Shown one piece after another: positions 1 to 9,134 of a DNA stretch of 34,824 nucleotides. The notes under the pieces were generated by a model. It was not told the origin of the DNA and ran no database searches. It was given only the letters and a program-made list of their open reading frames with translations. Within the stretch, counting starts at the first letter, position 1; each line of letters starts with the position of its first letter. The DNA comes from Betaproteobacteria bacterium. Its GTDB lineage: Bacteria > Pseudomonadota > Gammaproteobacteria > Burkholderiales > SG8-39. The DNA lies in NCBI GenBank assembly GCA_031409355.1, contig JANNXB010000427.1, positions 1-34,824 of the forward strand, written 5' to 3'. The translations under genes and the position numbers were made by a program.

Positions 1-1
1 A

Positions 2-712
2 GGCGAACCGGTGATCCTGATGGGGCCGACCGGCACACCGACCGAGATCACCGGCGGGGAGACCGTGGTGCTTTGCGGCGGCGGCCTGGGCAATGCCGTG
101 CTCTTCTCGATCGGTGCCGCCTTCCGTGCCGCCGGCTCGAAAGTTCTCTACTTCGCCGGCTACAAGAAAGTCATCGACCGGTACAAGGTTGCGGACATTG
201 AAAACGCCGCCGACACCGTGATCTGGTGCTGCGACGAGGAGCCGGGCTTCAAGCCCGGCAGGCCGCAGGACCGCAGCTTCGTCGGCAATATCGTCCAGGC
301 GATGGATGCCTACGCCGAGGGCAGGCTGGGTGCGCCCTCGATCCGGCTGGACGATGCCGACCGTCTGATCGCCATCGGCTCCGACCGTATGATGGCCGGC
401 GTGGCGAAGGCGCGCCACGACGTATTGAAACCGCACCTAAAGCCCGGCCACTTCGCCATCGGCTCGATCAACTCGCCGATGCAATGCATGATGAAGGAGA
501 TCTGCGCGCAGTGCCTGCAGCCGCACCGCGATCCGGTGACCGGGGAAACCAGCTACGTGTTCTCCTGCTTCAACCAGGACCAACCGCTCGACAGCGTGGA
601 CTTCAAGGGCCTGCACGAGCGCCTAAAGCAGAATTCGCTGGCCGAGAAGTTGAGCGCGGGCTGGCTGCGCCACTGCATGCCGGCGCTCAGGAAGCAAAGG
701 ACTTTCGTCTAG
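2..712 (+). CDS. FAD/NAD(P)-binding electron-transfer oxidoreductase, PyrK / sulfide-dehydrogenase-like, C-terminal part (5' end lies outside the window)
   Basis: The reading frame is open from the window edge. It has a glycine-rich nucleotide-binding motif (VVLCGGGLGNAVL). The C-terminal Cys cluster (PMQCMMKEICAQC...FSCF) resembles the 2Fe-2S site of PyrK-type reductase subunits. Third-position GC is high. Confidence 0.6.
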   Translation, partial: GEPVILMGPTGTPTEITGGETVVLCGGGLGNAVLFSIGAAFRAAGSKVLYFAGYKKVIDRYKVADIENAADTVIWCCDEEPGFKPGRPQDRSFVGNIVQAMDAYAEGRLGAPSIRLDDADRLIAIGSDRMMAGVAKARHDVLKPHLKPGHFAIGSINSPMQCMMKEICAQCLQPHRDPVTGETSYVFSCFNQDQPLDSVDFKGLHERLKQNSLAEKLSAGWLRHCMPALRKQRTFV

Positions 713-713
713 C

Positions 714-1520
714 ATGCCGGCAGCCGGAACGCTGTGCCTGACCTTCGACAACATGGGGCGGGCGCGCGAGATCGCCGAAGGCACCGCGAGCAAGCCCGAT
801 GCGCTCGAACCCGGCCTTGCGATCGGCTATCCGCGCCTGCTCGGCCTGCTGGATGAACTGGACCTGCGCGGCACGTTCTTCATCGAAGGCTGGAACGGGC
901 TGCACCACCCTGAACGCGTGCAGGAACTCGCCGCGCGCGGCCACGAAGTCGGGCTGCACGGCTGGGTGCATGAAAAATTCGACGCCCTCGACAAGCGGCG
1001 CGCCGAACAGCTGCTGCATGACGGCACCGCGTCACTGATGCGCCTCGGCATTCGTCCCGCCGGATTTCGCGCGCCAGGCGGCGTTCGCGGCAAGCACACC
1101 ACCGCGATCCTGCAATCGCTTGGGTATCGCTACGACAGCAGTTCCGAGACCGAAGCGGACATCGCCGCTGCCGACGACTTCTCCGTGGCGCCCGGAATGC
1201 TCGCGCCGGGCCTCGCCCATATCCCCTGGCGCCATGCGATGGTGGACTCCATCCAGTACCTGCGCCATCCGGTGCAGCCGCGCACACCGGCCGAACTCGA
1301 AGCAAGCTGGCTCGCCGCGATCGACCGCACCGCCGAAGCGCGCGGCACGACCACCGTGGTGATCCACGCCTTCGTCAGCGGTGTGGATGACGCGCGTTTT
1401 GACGTGGTGCGCAAAGTACTGACGCATGCACGCAAGCGCGGCGACATCGAGATCGTGACCGCTGGCGCCCTCGCCGAGCGTGTACTCTCCCGACAACACC
1501 AGGAGGATCAGCCATGCTGA
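714..1520 (+). CDS. polysaccharide deacetylase (NodB-homology) family protein
   Basis: 268-aa ORF. TFDNMGR ... FFIEGWNG ... GHEVGLHGWVHE matches the NodB-type deacetylase Asp/His motifs. The ATG lies 1 nt after the upstream stop. Confidence 0.7.
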   Translation: MPAAGTLCLTFDNMGRAREIAEGTASKPDALEPGLAIGYPRLLGLLDELDLRGTFFIEGWNGLHHPERVQELAARGHEVGLHGWVHEKFDALDKRRAEQLLHDGTASLMRLGIRPAGFRAPGGVRGKHTTAILQSLGYRYDSSSETEADIAAADDFSVAPGMLAPGLAHIPWRHAMVDSIQYLRHPVQPRTPAELEASWLAAIDRTAEARGTTTVVIHAFVSGVDDARFDVVRKVLTHARKRGDIEIVTAGALAERVLSRQHQEDQPC

Positions 1521-2461
1521 AGTACGTTTTTCCATTCACCCTGGCATTGCTTTCGGTTTCTGCTCAAGCGCAAACCTGGCCCTCCAAGCCCGTGCGCGTC
1601 GTCGTCGCTTTCGCCCCCGGCGGCTCGCTCGACTTTGTCACCCGCATCCTGAGCGAACGGCTGTCGCAGGACCTTGGCCAGACCTTCCTGGTGGAGAACC
1701 GCGCCGGCGCCAACGGCAACGTCGGCGCCGACCTCGTCGCCAAGCTGCCGGGCGACGGCTACGCCATCCTCGCCTCCGCCGACGCTCTGACTTCCGGCGC
1801 GCAGCTGTACAAGCTGAATTACGACCCGATGAAGGACCTCGTGCCGGTGATTCAGTTCACGCGCCAGCCGCTGGTGCTGGCGGTGCACCCGTCGCTGAAT
1901 GTCGGCACGGTAGCTGAGCTCATCGCGCTGGCGAAGACCAAGCCGGGGATGGGCTTCGCCACTTCCGGCGCGGGCTCGGGCCAGCATATGGCCGGCGAAT
2001 GGCTCGCCAAGCTTGCCGGCGTCAAACTCACGCACGTTCCCTACAAGGGCGGGGGCCAGGCGATCACCGACCTGCTCGCCGGACAGGTGCAGATCGGTTC
2101 GCTCGGCTCCACGCCGGTGATGCCGCACCACAAGTCCGGAAAACTGAAGATCATCGCCCAGACCACCGCCACCCGCTCACCCTCGCTGCCGGAAGTGCCG
2201 ACCTACCAGGAAGCCGGCGTGCCCATCCTGCTCGACCAGTGGCTGGGTTTCCTCGTCCCGGCCGGCACGCCGCCCGACATCATCAAGCGCCTAAACGCGG
2301 CCACCGACAAGATCCTCGCCCAGCCCGCCATCCGCGAGCGCCTCGCGCCGCAGGGACTGGAAGCCGTCGGCGGTTCGCCCGAGCAGTTCGCGAAGCTGTA
2401 CCGGGACGACTACGAGAAGTACGGCAAGCTGGTGAAGGAACTGAACATCAGGATCGACTGA
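1514..2461 (+). CDS. Bug-family (TctC-like) tripartite tricarboxylate transporter substrate-binding protein
   Basis: Signal peptide MLKYVFPFTLALLSVSAQAQ is followed by WPSKPVRVVVAFAPGGSLDFVTR and HVPYKGGGQA, both hallmark Bug-family motifs. AGGAGG lies 8 nt upstream of the ATG. The gene overlaps the upstream stop by 7 nt. Confidence 0.85.
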   Translation: MLKYVFPFTLALLSVSAQAQTWPSKPVRVVVAFAPGGSLDFVTRILSERLSQDLGQTFLVENRAGANGNVGADLVAKLPGDGYAILASADALTSGAQLYKLNYDPMKDLVPVIQFTRQPLVLAVHPSLNVGTVAELIALAKTKPGMGFATSGAGSGQHMAGEWLAKLAGVKLTHVPYKGGGQAITDLLAGQVQIGSLGSTPVMPHHKSGKLKIIAQTTATRSPSLPEVPTYQEAGVPILLDQWLGFLVPAGTPPDIIKRLNAATDKILAQPAIRERLAPQGLEAVGGSPEQFAKLYRDDYEKYGKLVKELNIRID

Positions 2462-2475
2462 CCAAGGGTGATGCC

Positions 2476-3564
2476 ATGAAGAAAACGCGGCAACCGCGGG
2501 TCGTGAAAGGCATGCCCAGCGTCGAGCTGAGCCGCAAGGAATTTGTAATGCGCTTCCATCAGCGGCACGACGACCCGGCCTTCGACGCGGTCGCCAAGCC
2601 GCTGGACGCGGTAACCGAGGTGGCCTGGAAGAATTACATCGAGTATCACAAGAGCCCGAACACCCGCAAAGCGGGCAGCGCCTTTGCCGTTCCCTCATTC
2701 GAACTCCCGCGCGAGTGGCTCGAGACTCGCGCACGCATCCAGGTGGCGGAGCGCGCCCAGCGGCGCAAGGGCGGCGTCTCCCGGATCCTCGTCATCAGCG
2801 GCTCGGCGCGCAGCGACCAGACCTGTCCGGGGGAGATGTCCAAGACCTACCGGCTGGCGAAGATTGCCCAGCGGACCATCGAGTCGGCGGGACGCTTCGA
2901 AGTGGATTTCCTCGACCTTTCGCTGCTCGCCTCCGAGTACGGCCGCGTCATCTATCCCTGCAAGGCCTGCGTCTCCACCGCGCAGCCGCTTTGCCACTGG
3001 CCCTGCTCCTGCTACCCCAACCACGCCCTCGGCCAGACCCAGGACTGGATGAATGAGCTCTACCCGCGCTGGGTCGCTGCCCACGGCGTGATGATCCTCA
3101 CGCCGGTGAACTGGTATCAAGTGCCATCGGTGCTCAAGCTGATGATCGACCGCCTGGTCTGCGCCGACGGCGGCAATCCCGACCAGACAACCACGCGCGG
3201 CAAGAATCCGAAACTCGCCAAGGAACTGGAACTGAAGGGCTGGGACTACCCCAAGCACCTCGCCGGCCGTGCGTTCGCCGTCGCAGTGCACGGCGACGCG
3301 GAAGGCGTCGACAATGTCCGCACCGCCTTATGCGATTGGCTCACCACGATGGGACTGGTGCGAGCCGGCGAATCCGGCGCCGTGGGGCGCTATCTCGGCT
3401 ACATGGAACCCTACGCCACCAGCCACGATGCCCTGGACCGCGACACCGCGTTGCAGGAGGAAGTCCGCAATGCCGCGCGCAGCCTGGTCGAAACCGTGCG
3501 GCAGATCAGACGTGGGAAGCTGAAGCAGCCGGATGCAGGGCAATCTACTCCGCGCCAGAAGTAG
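2476..3564 (+). CDS. flavodoxin-fold NAD(P)H-dependent FMN reductase-like protein with Cys-rich insertion (iron-sulfur flavoprotein-like)
   Basis: The start was chosen at the internal ATG (MKKTRQ) because the 5' part of the 1999..3564 ORF overlaps the Bug gene and is Arg/Pro-rich shadow sequence. ILVISGSARSDQTCPGEMSKT is the FMN_red-type N-terminus. The Cys cluster is YPCKACVSTAQPLCHWPCSC. ILTPVNWYQVPSVLKLMIDR matches the family. Confidence 0.6.
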   Translation: MKKTRQPRVVKGMPSVELSRKEFVMRFHQRHDDPAFDAVAKPLDAVTEVAWKNYIEYHKSPNTRKAGSAFAVPSFELPREWLETRARIQVAERAQRRKGGVSRILVISGSARSDQTCPGEMSKTYRLAKIAQRTIESAGRFEVDFLDLSLLASEYGRVIYPCKACVSTAQPLCHWPCSCYPNHALGQTQDWMNELYPRWVAAHGVMILTPVNWYQVPSVLKLMIDRLVCADGGNPDQTTTRGKNPKLAKELELKGWDYPKHLAGRAFAVAVHGDAEGVDNVRTALCDWLTTMGLVRAGESGAVGRYLGYMEPYATSHDALDRDTALQEEVRNAARSLVETVRQIRRGKLKQPDAGQSTPRQK

Positions 3565-3573
3565 GCCCCGGGC

Positions 3574-4188
3574 TTATAGCTTGACCCCCTCATCCGCCAG
3601 CACCCGCTGCACCGCCGGGCGCTTGAGCATGCGGTCCTTCATTGCGGTGTAGTTCTTCAGCTCCGCCACCGGCTCGCCGCGGCGCGCGTGCCAGAAGTAA
3701 AAGATGAAAGCGTAGGGATCCAGCACCGAATACTGGTCGGCAAGCCACTCGCGGCCGGCGTACATGGCGTCGATCTGCTTCATGTACTCGCCGTAGCTCT
3801 GTTTCGCCTTCGCCTGAATGCCGGGAAATGCGGCCTTTTCGTCGGTGTAGCGCTCCGCGCGGCCGATGTGGCCATTCGCCGGGTGCACCGTCGCCGCGAA
3901 AAATCCGATCGCCGACAGAGCCCGCGCCTCCTTCACCGGGTCCTTCGGCCATAGCCCGAAACGCTTGCCGAGGTACGGCAGGATCGCCGTGTTCTCCGTG
4001 AGCGGCGCGCCGTCATCCAGCAACAGCGCCGGCACCCGGCCGAGCGGGTGAATCTTCATGTAGTCGACGGTCCTCTGCTCGCCCTTGGCGAGGTCCAGCT
4101 TCTTCGGCTCGTACTTCTCGCCGCCTTCCTCCATCACGATGTGCGGCGCCATCGAACAGGCGCCCGGGGCGTAGAACAGCGTCAGCAT
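3574..4188 (-). CDS. beta-class glutathione S-transferase
   Basis: MLTLFYAPGACSMAPHIVMEE...HPLGRVPALLLDDGAPLTENTAILPYL closely parallels E. coli Gst-type beta-class GSTs, including the N-terminal catalytic Cys. Confidence 0.85.
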   Translation of the reverse strand: MLTLFYAPGACSMAPHIVMEEGGEKYEPKKLDLAKGEQRTVDYMKIHPLGRVPALLLDDGAPLTENTAILPYLGKRFGLWPKDPVKEARALSAIGFFAATVHPANGHIGRAERYTDEKAAFPGIQAKAKQSYGEYMKQIDAMYAGREWLADQYSVLDPYAFIFYFWHARRGEPVAELKNYTAMKDRMLKRPAVQRVLADEGVKL

Positions 4189-4322
4189 GGGGCTTCCTCG
4201 CGTGCGTGGGAGAGAGCGGCGATTATAGTAGTGACATGGTGGCCAGGGTCCTGTGCATCACGACGCGTATGCTGGTCGTGTCAACCTGAGGTACGGTCCG
4301 CGCGCTAAGTGTTGGAACACAG

Positions 4323-4829
4323 ATGAGCACCCGGACGCAGAATGAGAAAAAGTTCGGTCAGTGGGCCGAAATGCCTTTGGGCGGCCGCCGCTATTGGATC
4401 GACGTTCTGGGCCGGTAGGGATGGCGGGCGCGCTACGTGAAGGAGGTGGATGCGAACGAGGCGACCCTACGGTTCTGGCAAGAGGTCTACGACGATCAGG
4501 GCAGGCTCTCGGAAATCCACGAAAAGTACCCGCTGGATAAGGGCCATCGGAAAGCGAAGGATGGGCAAATGATCTTGACGAAACAAGATGTTACGGAACA
4601 AATTACGGCGCATCTCCAGCACCGCGTCACCCTGCCTCAGCTCGTGGATTGGGCGGAGAACGCGATGATGCACGACGCATACGACGAGAAGGACGCTGCG
4701 ACGATCTCCGCCGTCGTCGCGCGCCTCGGTGTGGCCGACGTGCGCGCCTTCGGGCTGACCTGGACCGATTGCGAGGAACTGCTCACGAAGCTCGGCTTCT
4801 CCGCTCGGGTCGAGATCATTGCCGCCTGA
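4323..4829 (+). pseudogene. small ORF of unknown function interrupted by an in-frame amber codon (TAG 4416-4418); the intact distal ORF is 4437..4829 (GTG) with an internal ATG at 4569
   Basis: ATG 4323 opens 31 codons (MSTRTQNEKKFGQWAEMPLGGRRYWIDVLGR). They end at a TAG that is in the same frame as the following 130-codon ORF (..GWRARYVKEVDANEATLRFWQEVYDDQGRLSEIHEKYPLDKGH..). GC is locally low (about 42% over 4561-4610 by hand count). I recognise no family. Confidence 0.35.
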
Positions 4830-5039
4830 CTAGGCAGCCGCGTCCCCGAAGACGCTCGCGCCGTCGCCCTGGTAGGCCTTGGGGTCATCGATGCGCAGGA
4901 AGATCAGGCCGAGGACCGACCCCGAGTACTCGCCGGCCTTAAGGCCGGAGTTGGCGCGGAACTGGTCCGCGGCGGCCCAGAGGCGCTTTTCGAGCTGGTG
5001 GTTGGCTTCGTCTTTTTCGGTTGGTGCGACCCAGCGCAT
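4830..5039 (-). pseudogene. hsdM: N-terminal stub of a type I restriction-modification methyltransferase subunit (HsdM-like), truncated after about 50 residues
   Basis: [50 protein letters not shown] matches the conserved HsdM N-terminal helix motif (LWxAADxLRxxxxxxEYxxxVLGLIFLK). The frame then departs from family sequence and stops after 19 more codons. No methylase catalytic domain, hsdS or hsdR follows. Confidence 0.6.
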
Positions 5040-5103
5040 GCGGCTCTCCGATTCGGGTTCCTTTGAGCACCTGATACCTGCCGAGTATTGCATAATCGAA
5101 CCG

Positions 5104-5496
5104 ATGCTCAGACTTGCGCTTTCCCTCTTGCTGCTTCTATCCGCCAGCGCGGCGATAGCGCAGTCCAAGGCGATCGAAGTGTTTTATCTGGGCACGCCAG
5201 ACTGCCCCTATTGCAGGAAATGGGAGTCGCAGACTCGCCCCGGCTTCCTCGCTTCGCCTGAGGGTAAGGCGGTGACGTATGTCGAGATTCGCGGCGAGAC
5301 GCTGCGCCAGCCGATCGTGGCGCGGCACTATCCGGCAAAATACCAGTGGGTGTACGAGCAGATTGGCGACAGCCGCGGAGTGCCGCGATTTCTGCTGGCG
5401 GAGGACGGCAAGGTGCTGCACAGTGCGTTCGGCACCGATGGCTTCGACAAAGTCCTTCTTCCGGCTCTGAAAAAGGTTCTGGCCCGCCGCCGCTAG
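5104..5496 (+). CDS. secreted thioredoxin-fold protein with CPYC redox motif
   Basis: The start was chosen at the ATG giving a classic signal peptide ([21 protein letters not shown]). A CPYC dithiol motif lies near the mature N-terminus. The longer 4879 start would overlap the hsdM stub. Confidence 0.55.
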   Translation: MLRLALSLLLLLSASAAIAQSKAIEVFYLGTPDCPYCRKWESQTRPGFLASPEGKAVTYVEIRGETLRQPIVARHYPAKYQWVYEQIGDSRGVPRFLLAEDGKVLHSAFGTDGFDKVLLPALKKVLARRR

Positions 5497-5532
5497 TGGC
5501 TTATCCGGTCCGCTTAGGACGACATTACTGTC

Positions 5533-6360
5533 ATGATTTACCTGCGCCCGAGTACCACCGGCGAGGCCCTCGAGGCGCTCGGCGCCCGCCCGTTGGTGGT
5601 GCTTGCCGGTGGCACCGATTTTTATCCCGCCCGCGTCGGCAAGCCCCTCGCCGACGACATACTCGACCTGACCGCGTTGACTGAACTGCGCGGCATCGCC
5701 GGGAAATCCGATCATTGGCGCATCGGCGCAACCACCACCTGGAGCGGGATTATCCAGGCGAAACTGCCGCCGCTGTTTGACGGACTCAAGCTCGCGGCGC
5801 GCGAAATCGGCGGCCTGCAGAACCAGAATAGCGGCACGATCGCCGGCACCCGGAGCAAAGCCACGCCCCCCGCCGATCGCGTCCCGCCGCTGCTGGCGCT
5901 CGATGCCGCGGTAGAACTGGCAAGCTTCGATGCAGTGCGCCGGCTACCGCTGGCGGAGTTCCTCCTCGGGCCGCGCAAGACCGCGTTGCGGCAAGGCGAA
6001 CTTCTGACCGCGGTATTGATTCCCAGATCCAGGCACATGGCGGCAAGCCATTTTCTCAAGCTCGGCGCGCGCAAGTACCTGGTGATTTCCATCGCCATGG
6101 CCAGCGCAGTCATTGAGCACCGCGCAGGACTCGTGGCGGAAGCACGGATTGCTATTGGCGCCTGCTCGCCCGTGGCAGCGCGACTGCCCGCGTTGGAAGC
6201 CGATCTGCGTGGCCAACGCTTCGATGCATCGCTGGCAGATCGGGTTTCGGCATCCCACTTGGCCGGCCTTGCGCCGATTGCGGACGTGCGGGCCAGCGCC
6301 GGCTACCGGGCGCAGGCGGCGCTGGAACTGTTACGCCGGCTGCTGCGGGAGATGGCGTGA
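5533..6360 (+). CDS. xanthine dehydrogenase family FAD-binding (medium, CoxM/XdhB-like) subunit
   Basis: LAGGTDFYP ... LTELRGI ... GTIAG ... LALDA ... LKLGARKYLVISIA ... DVRASAGYR are the FAD_binding_5 / CO-dehydrogenase flavoprotein C-domain motifs. Confidence 0.8.
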   Translation: MIYLRPSTTGEALEALGARPLVVLAGGTDFYPARVGKPLADDILDLTALTELRGIAGKSDHWRIGATTTWSGIIQAKLPPLFDGLKLAAREIGGLQNQNSGTIAGTRSKATPPADRVPPLLALDAAVELASFDAVRRLPLAEFLLGPRKTALRQGELLTAVLIPRSRHMAASHFLKLGARKYLVISIAMASAVIEHRAGLVAEARIAIGACSPVAARLPALEADLRGQRFDASLADRVSASHLAGLAPIADVRASAGYRAQAALELLRRLLREMA

Positions 6361-9134
6361 ACCGCCCGCGCGCCGAGTTCCTTGCGGGAACAGATCTCAC
6401 GCGGTTCAAGGTCAATGGACGCAAGGTGGCAAGCCGGTCGCCGCGTATTTCGCGGCTTGCCGATGTGCTGCGCGACGAACTTGGGCTGACCGGTACCAAG
6501 ATCGGCTGCAACGCCGGCGATTGCGGCGCCTGCACCGTCTTGCTGGACGGGCGCCAGGTCTGCGCCTGCCTCACCGCGCTGGGCCAGGTCGCGGGAAGAA
6601 GCATCACCACTGTGGAGGGACTGGCGAAGCGCAAGCAGCTAGCGCCGCTTCAGGTGGCCTTTCAGAACCACGGCGCGGCGCAATGCGGCATCTGCACGCC
6701 CGGCATGCTGATGGCGGCGACCGACCTGCTCGCACGCAATCGAAAGCCGAGCCCGGACGATGTAAAGGACGCGCTAGGCGGCGTGCTCTGTCGCTGCACG
6801 GGTTACCAAAAGATCATCGAAGCGGTGCTCGATGCCGCCAGACGGCCGGTGCTTGCGATCCCGCCCCCCGCAGGCCACGCGATCGGCGCTCGTGCCGGCA
6901 AGGTGGATGGCATCGCCAAACTGACAGGCGCCGAAAAATTCGGCGCCGATGCAATTCCCACGGACGCGCTCTGGCTGCGCGTCGTGCGTTCGCCGCACCA
7001 TCGAGCGCGCTTCCAGTTGGGCGATCTCAAGGACTACCTGCGGCGCAATGACGGGCTTCGCCAGATCCTTACCGCGCGCGATGTCCCTTCGAACGGATTC
7101 GGCATCTATCCGGACATCAAGGACCAGCCGGTGCTGGCCGATGGCGAGGCGCGTTTTCGCGGCGAAGCCGTCGCCGCGGTGATCGGCACGCGTGCCGCGC
7201 TCGAGACTTTCGATGCCGCGGGATTCCCGGTGACCTGGACGCCGCTTGAGCCGGTAATGGGTCTTGATGCGGCGATGCGCGAAGGTGCCGCGCTGGTGCA
7301 GGCGGACAAACCCGGCAACCTTCTGCTTGACGGAGGCGTCAGGCGGGGCAATGTCGACAACGCGTTGCGCGCCTGCGCAGCGATCGCGGAGGCAGATTTC
7401 GAAACGACGTTCGTCGAGCACGCCTACATCGAGCCCGAGGCTGGCTGGGCACGCGCCGTGAACGACCGGATCGAGATCCATGTCAGCACGCAAACGCCCT
7501 ACATGGACCGCGATGAAGTCGCACAGGTGATGGGGTTCGATGCGCAAAGGATCCGCATCGTGCCGAGCGCCTGCGGCGGCGGTTTTGGCGGAAAACTCGA
7601 TATCGCAGTGCAACCGCTGGTCGCACTCGGCGCGTGGCTCACCCGTCGCCCGGTGGCATGCGTGTACGATCGGACCGAAAGCATGGCCTCGACAACCAAA
7701 CGCCATCCGGCGCGCATCCACGCGCGCTTCGGCTGCGATGCGCACGGCAAGCTCCAGGCAGCCGACGTCGACGCGGTGTTCGACACTGGCGCTTATGCGA
7801 GCTGGGGTCCCACGGTAGCAACCCGGGTCCCGATCCACGCCACCGGCCCCTATTTCGTTCGCCACGTGCGCACGCGCGGGCGCGCTTTCTTCACGCACTG
7901 CCATCCTTCGGGCGCGTTTCGCGGCTTTGGCGTGCCGCAGGGCGCGGTCGCCCATGAAGCGATGATGGATGCGCTGGCCAGCGCACTGGGCATGGACTGG
8001 CTCGAGTTCCGCCGTTTGAACGCGCTCAAGGCCGGCGACACGACGGCGACCGGGCAGCGGCTGGCGCATTCCGCCGGGCTTGTCCAATGCCTCGACCGGC
8101 TGAAACCGCAGTGGCAGCGCCTGCGCGCGGCAGCCGAGCGATTCAATGTCAAATCGACCAAATCAGGCACGGCATTGCGACGCGGCGTCGGTGTCGGGTG
8201 CATGTGGTACGGCATCGGCAATACTGCGCTCGCGAATCCGTCGACACTGCGCATTGCGCTCACCACGCAGGGCCGTCTCGTGTTCTACAACGGCGCGGTG
8301 GACATCGGGCAAGGTTCCAACACCACCCTGACGCAAGTTGCCGCGGACGCACTCGGCCTGCCGATGGCACAGTTCGAGCTGGTGACGGGCGATACCGACC
8401 GGACCGCGGACGCGGGCAAAACTTCGGCCTCCAGGCAAGCCTTCGTTTCAGGCAAGGCGGCGGAACTGGCTGGATACGATCTGAGGCGAAAAATATTCGC
8501 CGCCGCCGGCGCACCGGAGGGCGAATACCTCGATCGGGATTACACGCTCGTTCTAAGCGCGCGCAGCGTCGTCTTCAGAAAAAAGGACATTTCGCATCGC
8601 TGGCAAATCGACCGCGACCTCCTCGGCGAAGGCCGTTTCGATCCGCCAACGCAAGCCCTGGACGCAGACGGCCAGGGTGTGCCCTACGCGACCTACGCAT
8701 TCGCCGCGCAGATCGCGCAGGTCGAAGTGGACGAAGCGCTTGGCACGGTCAAAGTGCTGCGCATCGTCGCGGCGCATGACGTGGGCAAAGCACTCAATCC
8801 GATCCAGGTCGAAGGCCAGATCCAGGGCGGCGCGGTGCAAGGCCTCGGTCTCGCGCTGATGGAAGAGTACGTTCCGGGCAAGACCGAAAACCTGCACGAC
8901 TACCTGATCCCGACCATCGGCGACGTGCCGCAGATGGATTGCTTCCTCGTGGAGGATCCGGAGCCGCTCGGTCCCTCGGGGGCGAAAGGCGTGGGCGAGC
9001 CCGGCCTGATTCCCACGGCGCCCGCGATCCTCGGCGCCATCGAACACGCAACCGGCGTGCGCATGCGGCAATTGCCGGTGCTGCCGCACCGGCTGAAAGC
9101 GAAACTGGATGAGAGACCCGGAAGACGCGCCTGA
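6357..9134 (+). CDS. xanthine dehydrogenase family protein, fused [2Fe-2S] small-subunit domain plus molybdopterin-binding large-subunit domain
   Basis: The N-terminus has GCNAGDCGACTV...CACL and QCGICTPGMLM...CRCTGYQKI (two 2Fe-2S sites). The a/b-hammerhead and Moco domains follow (FRGFGVPQG, EPGLIPTAPAI, GVGEP). The GTG start overlaps the upstream TGA (GTGA). Confidence 0.85.
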   Translation: MNRPRAEFLAGTDLTRFKVNGRKVASRSPRISRLADVLRDELGLTGTKIGCNAGDCGACTVLLDGRQVCACLTALGQVAGRSITTVEGLAKRKQLAPLQVAFQNHGAAQCGICTPGMLMAATDLLARNRKPSPDDVKDALGGVLCRCTGYQKIIEAVLDAARRPVLAIPPPAGHAIGARAGKVDGIAKLTGAEKFGADAIPTDALWLRVVRSPHHRARFQLGDLKDYLRRNDGLRQILTARDVPSNGFGIYPDIKDQPVLADGEARFRGEAVAAVIGTRAALETFDAAGFPVTWTPLEPVMGLDAAMREGAALVQADKPGNLLLDGGVRRGNVDNALRACAAIAEADFETTFVEHAYIEPEAGWARAVNDRIEIHVSTQTPYMDRDEVAQVMGFDAQRIRIVPSACGGGFGGKLDIAVQPLVALGAWLTRRPVACVYDRTESMASTTKRHPARIHARFGCDAHGKLQAADVDAVFDTGAYASWGPTVATRVPIHATGPYFVRHVRTRGRAFFTHCHPSGAFRGFGVPQGAVAHEAMMDALASALGMDWLEFRRLNALKAGDTTATGQRLAHSAGLVQCLDRLKPQWQRLRAAAERFNVKSTKSGTALRRGVGVGCMWYGIGNTALANPSTLRIALTTQGRLVFYNGAVDIGQGSNTTLTQVAADALGLPMAQFELVTGDTDRTADAGKTSASRQAFVSGKAAELAGYDLRRKIFAAAGAPEGEYLDRDYTLVLSARSVVFRKKDISHRWQIDRDLLGEGRFDPPTQALDADGQGVPYATYAFAAQIAQVEVDEALGTVKVLRIVAAHDVGKALNPIQVEGQIQGGAVQGLGLALMEEYVPGKTENLHDYLIPTIGDVPQMDCFLVEDPEPLGPSGAKGVGEPGLIPTAPAILGAIEHATGVRMRQLPVLPHRLKAKLDERPGRRA

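Noticed and set aside
1999-2475. Long 5' extensions offered by the ORF track: 1999..2475, 10047..10517, 13785..14429, 23687..24250, 30994..31842, 33227..33769, 27859..27972 and 27050..27172.
   Set aside because: The extensions overlap well-supported upstream genes in another frame and translate to Arg/Pro-rich nonsense. Internal starts give canonical family N-termini, SD sequences or ATGA/GTGA coupling.
4416-4418. In-frame TAG as programmed read-through or pyrrolysine.
   Set aside because: There are no pyl genes or recoding signals, and the context is a decaying, low-GC region. A nonsense mutation or a coincidental frame match is far more likely.
5820-5900. Possible compensated frameshift in the FAD subunit. 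GTIAGTRSKATPPADRVPPLL differs from the usual GTIGGN..NASPA.D..P.LL.
   Set aside because: Translating the other two frames across this stretch gives nothing closer to the family consensus. It is most simply sequence divergence.
5533-9134. Aerobic CO dehydrogenase (CoxMSL) interpretation of the molybdoenzyme.
   Set aside because: I did not find the form I CODH active-site loop (AYRCSFR-type) in the large-subunit domain. The fused small and large subunits and the catabolic neighbours fit a generic XDH-family hydroxylase better.
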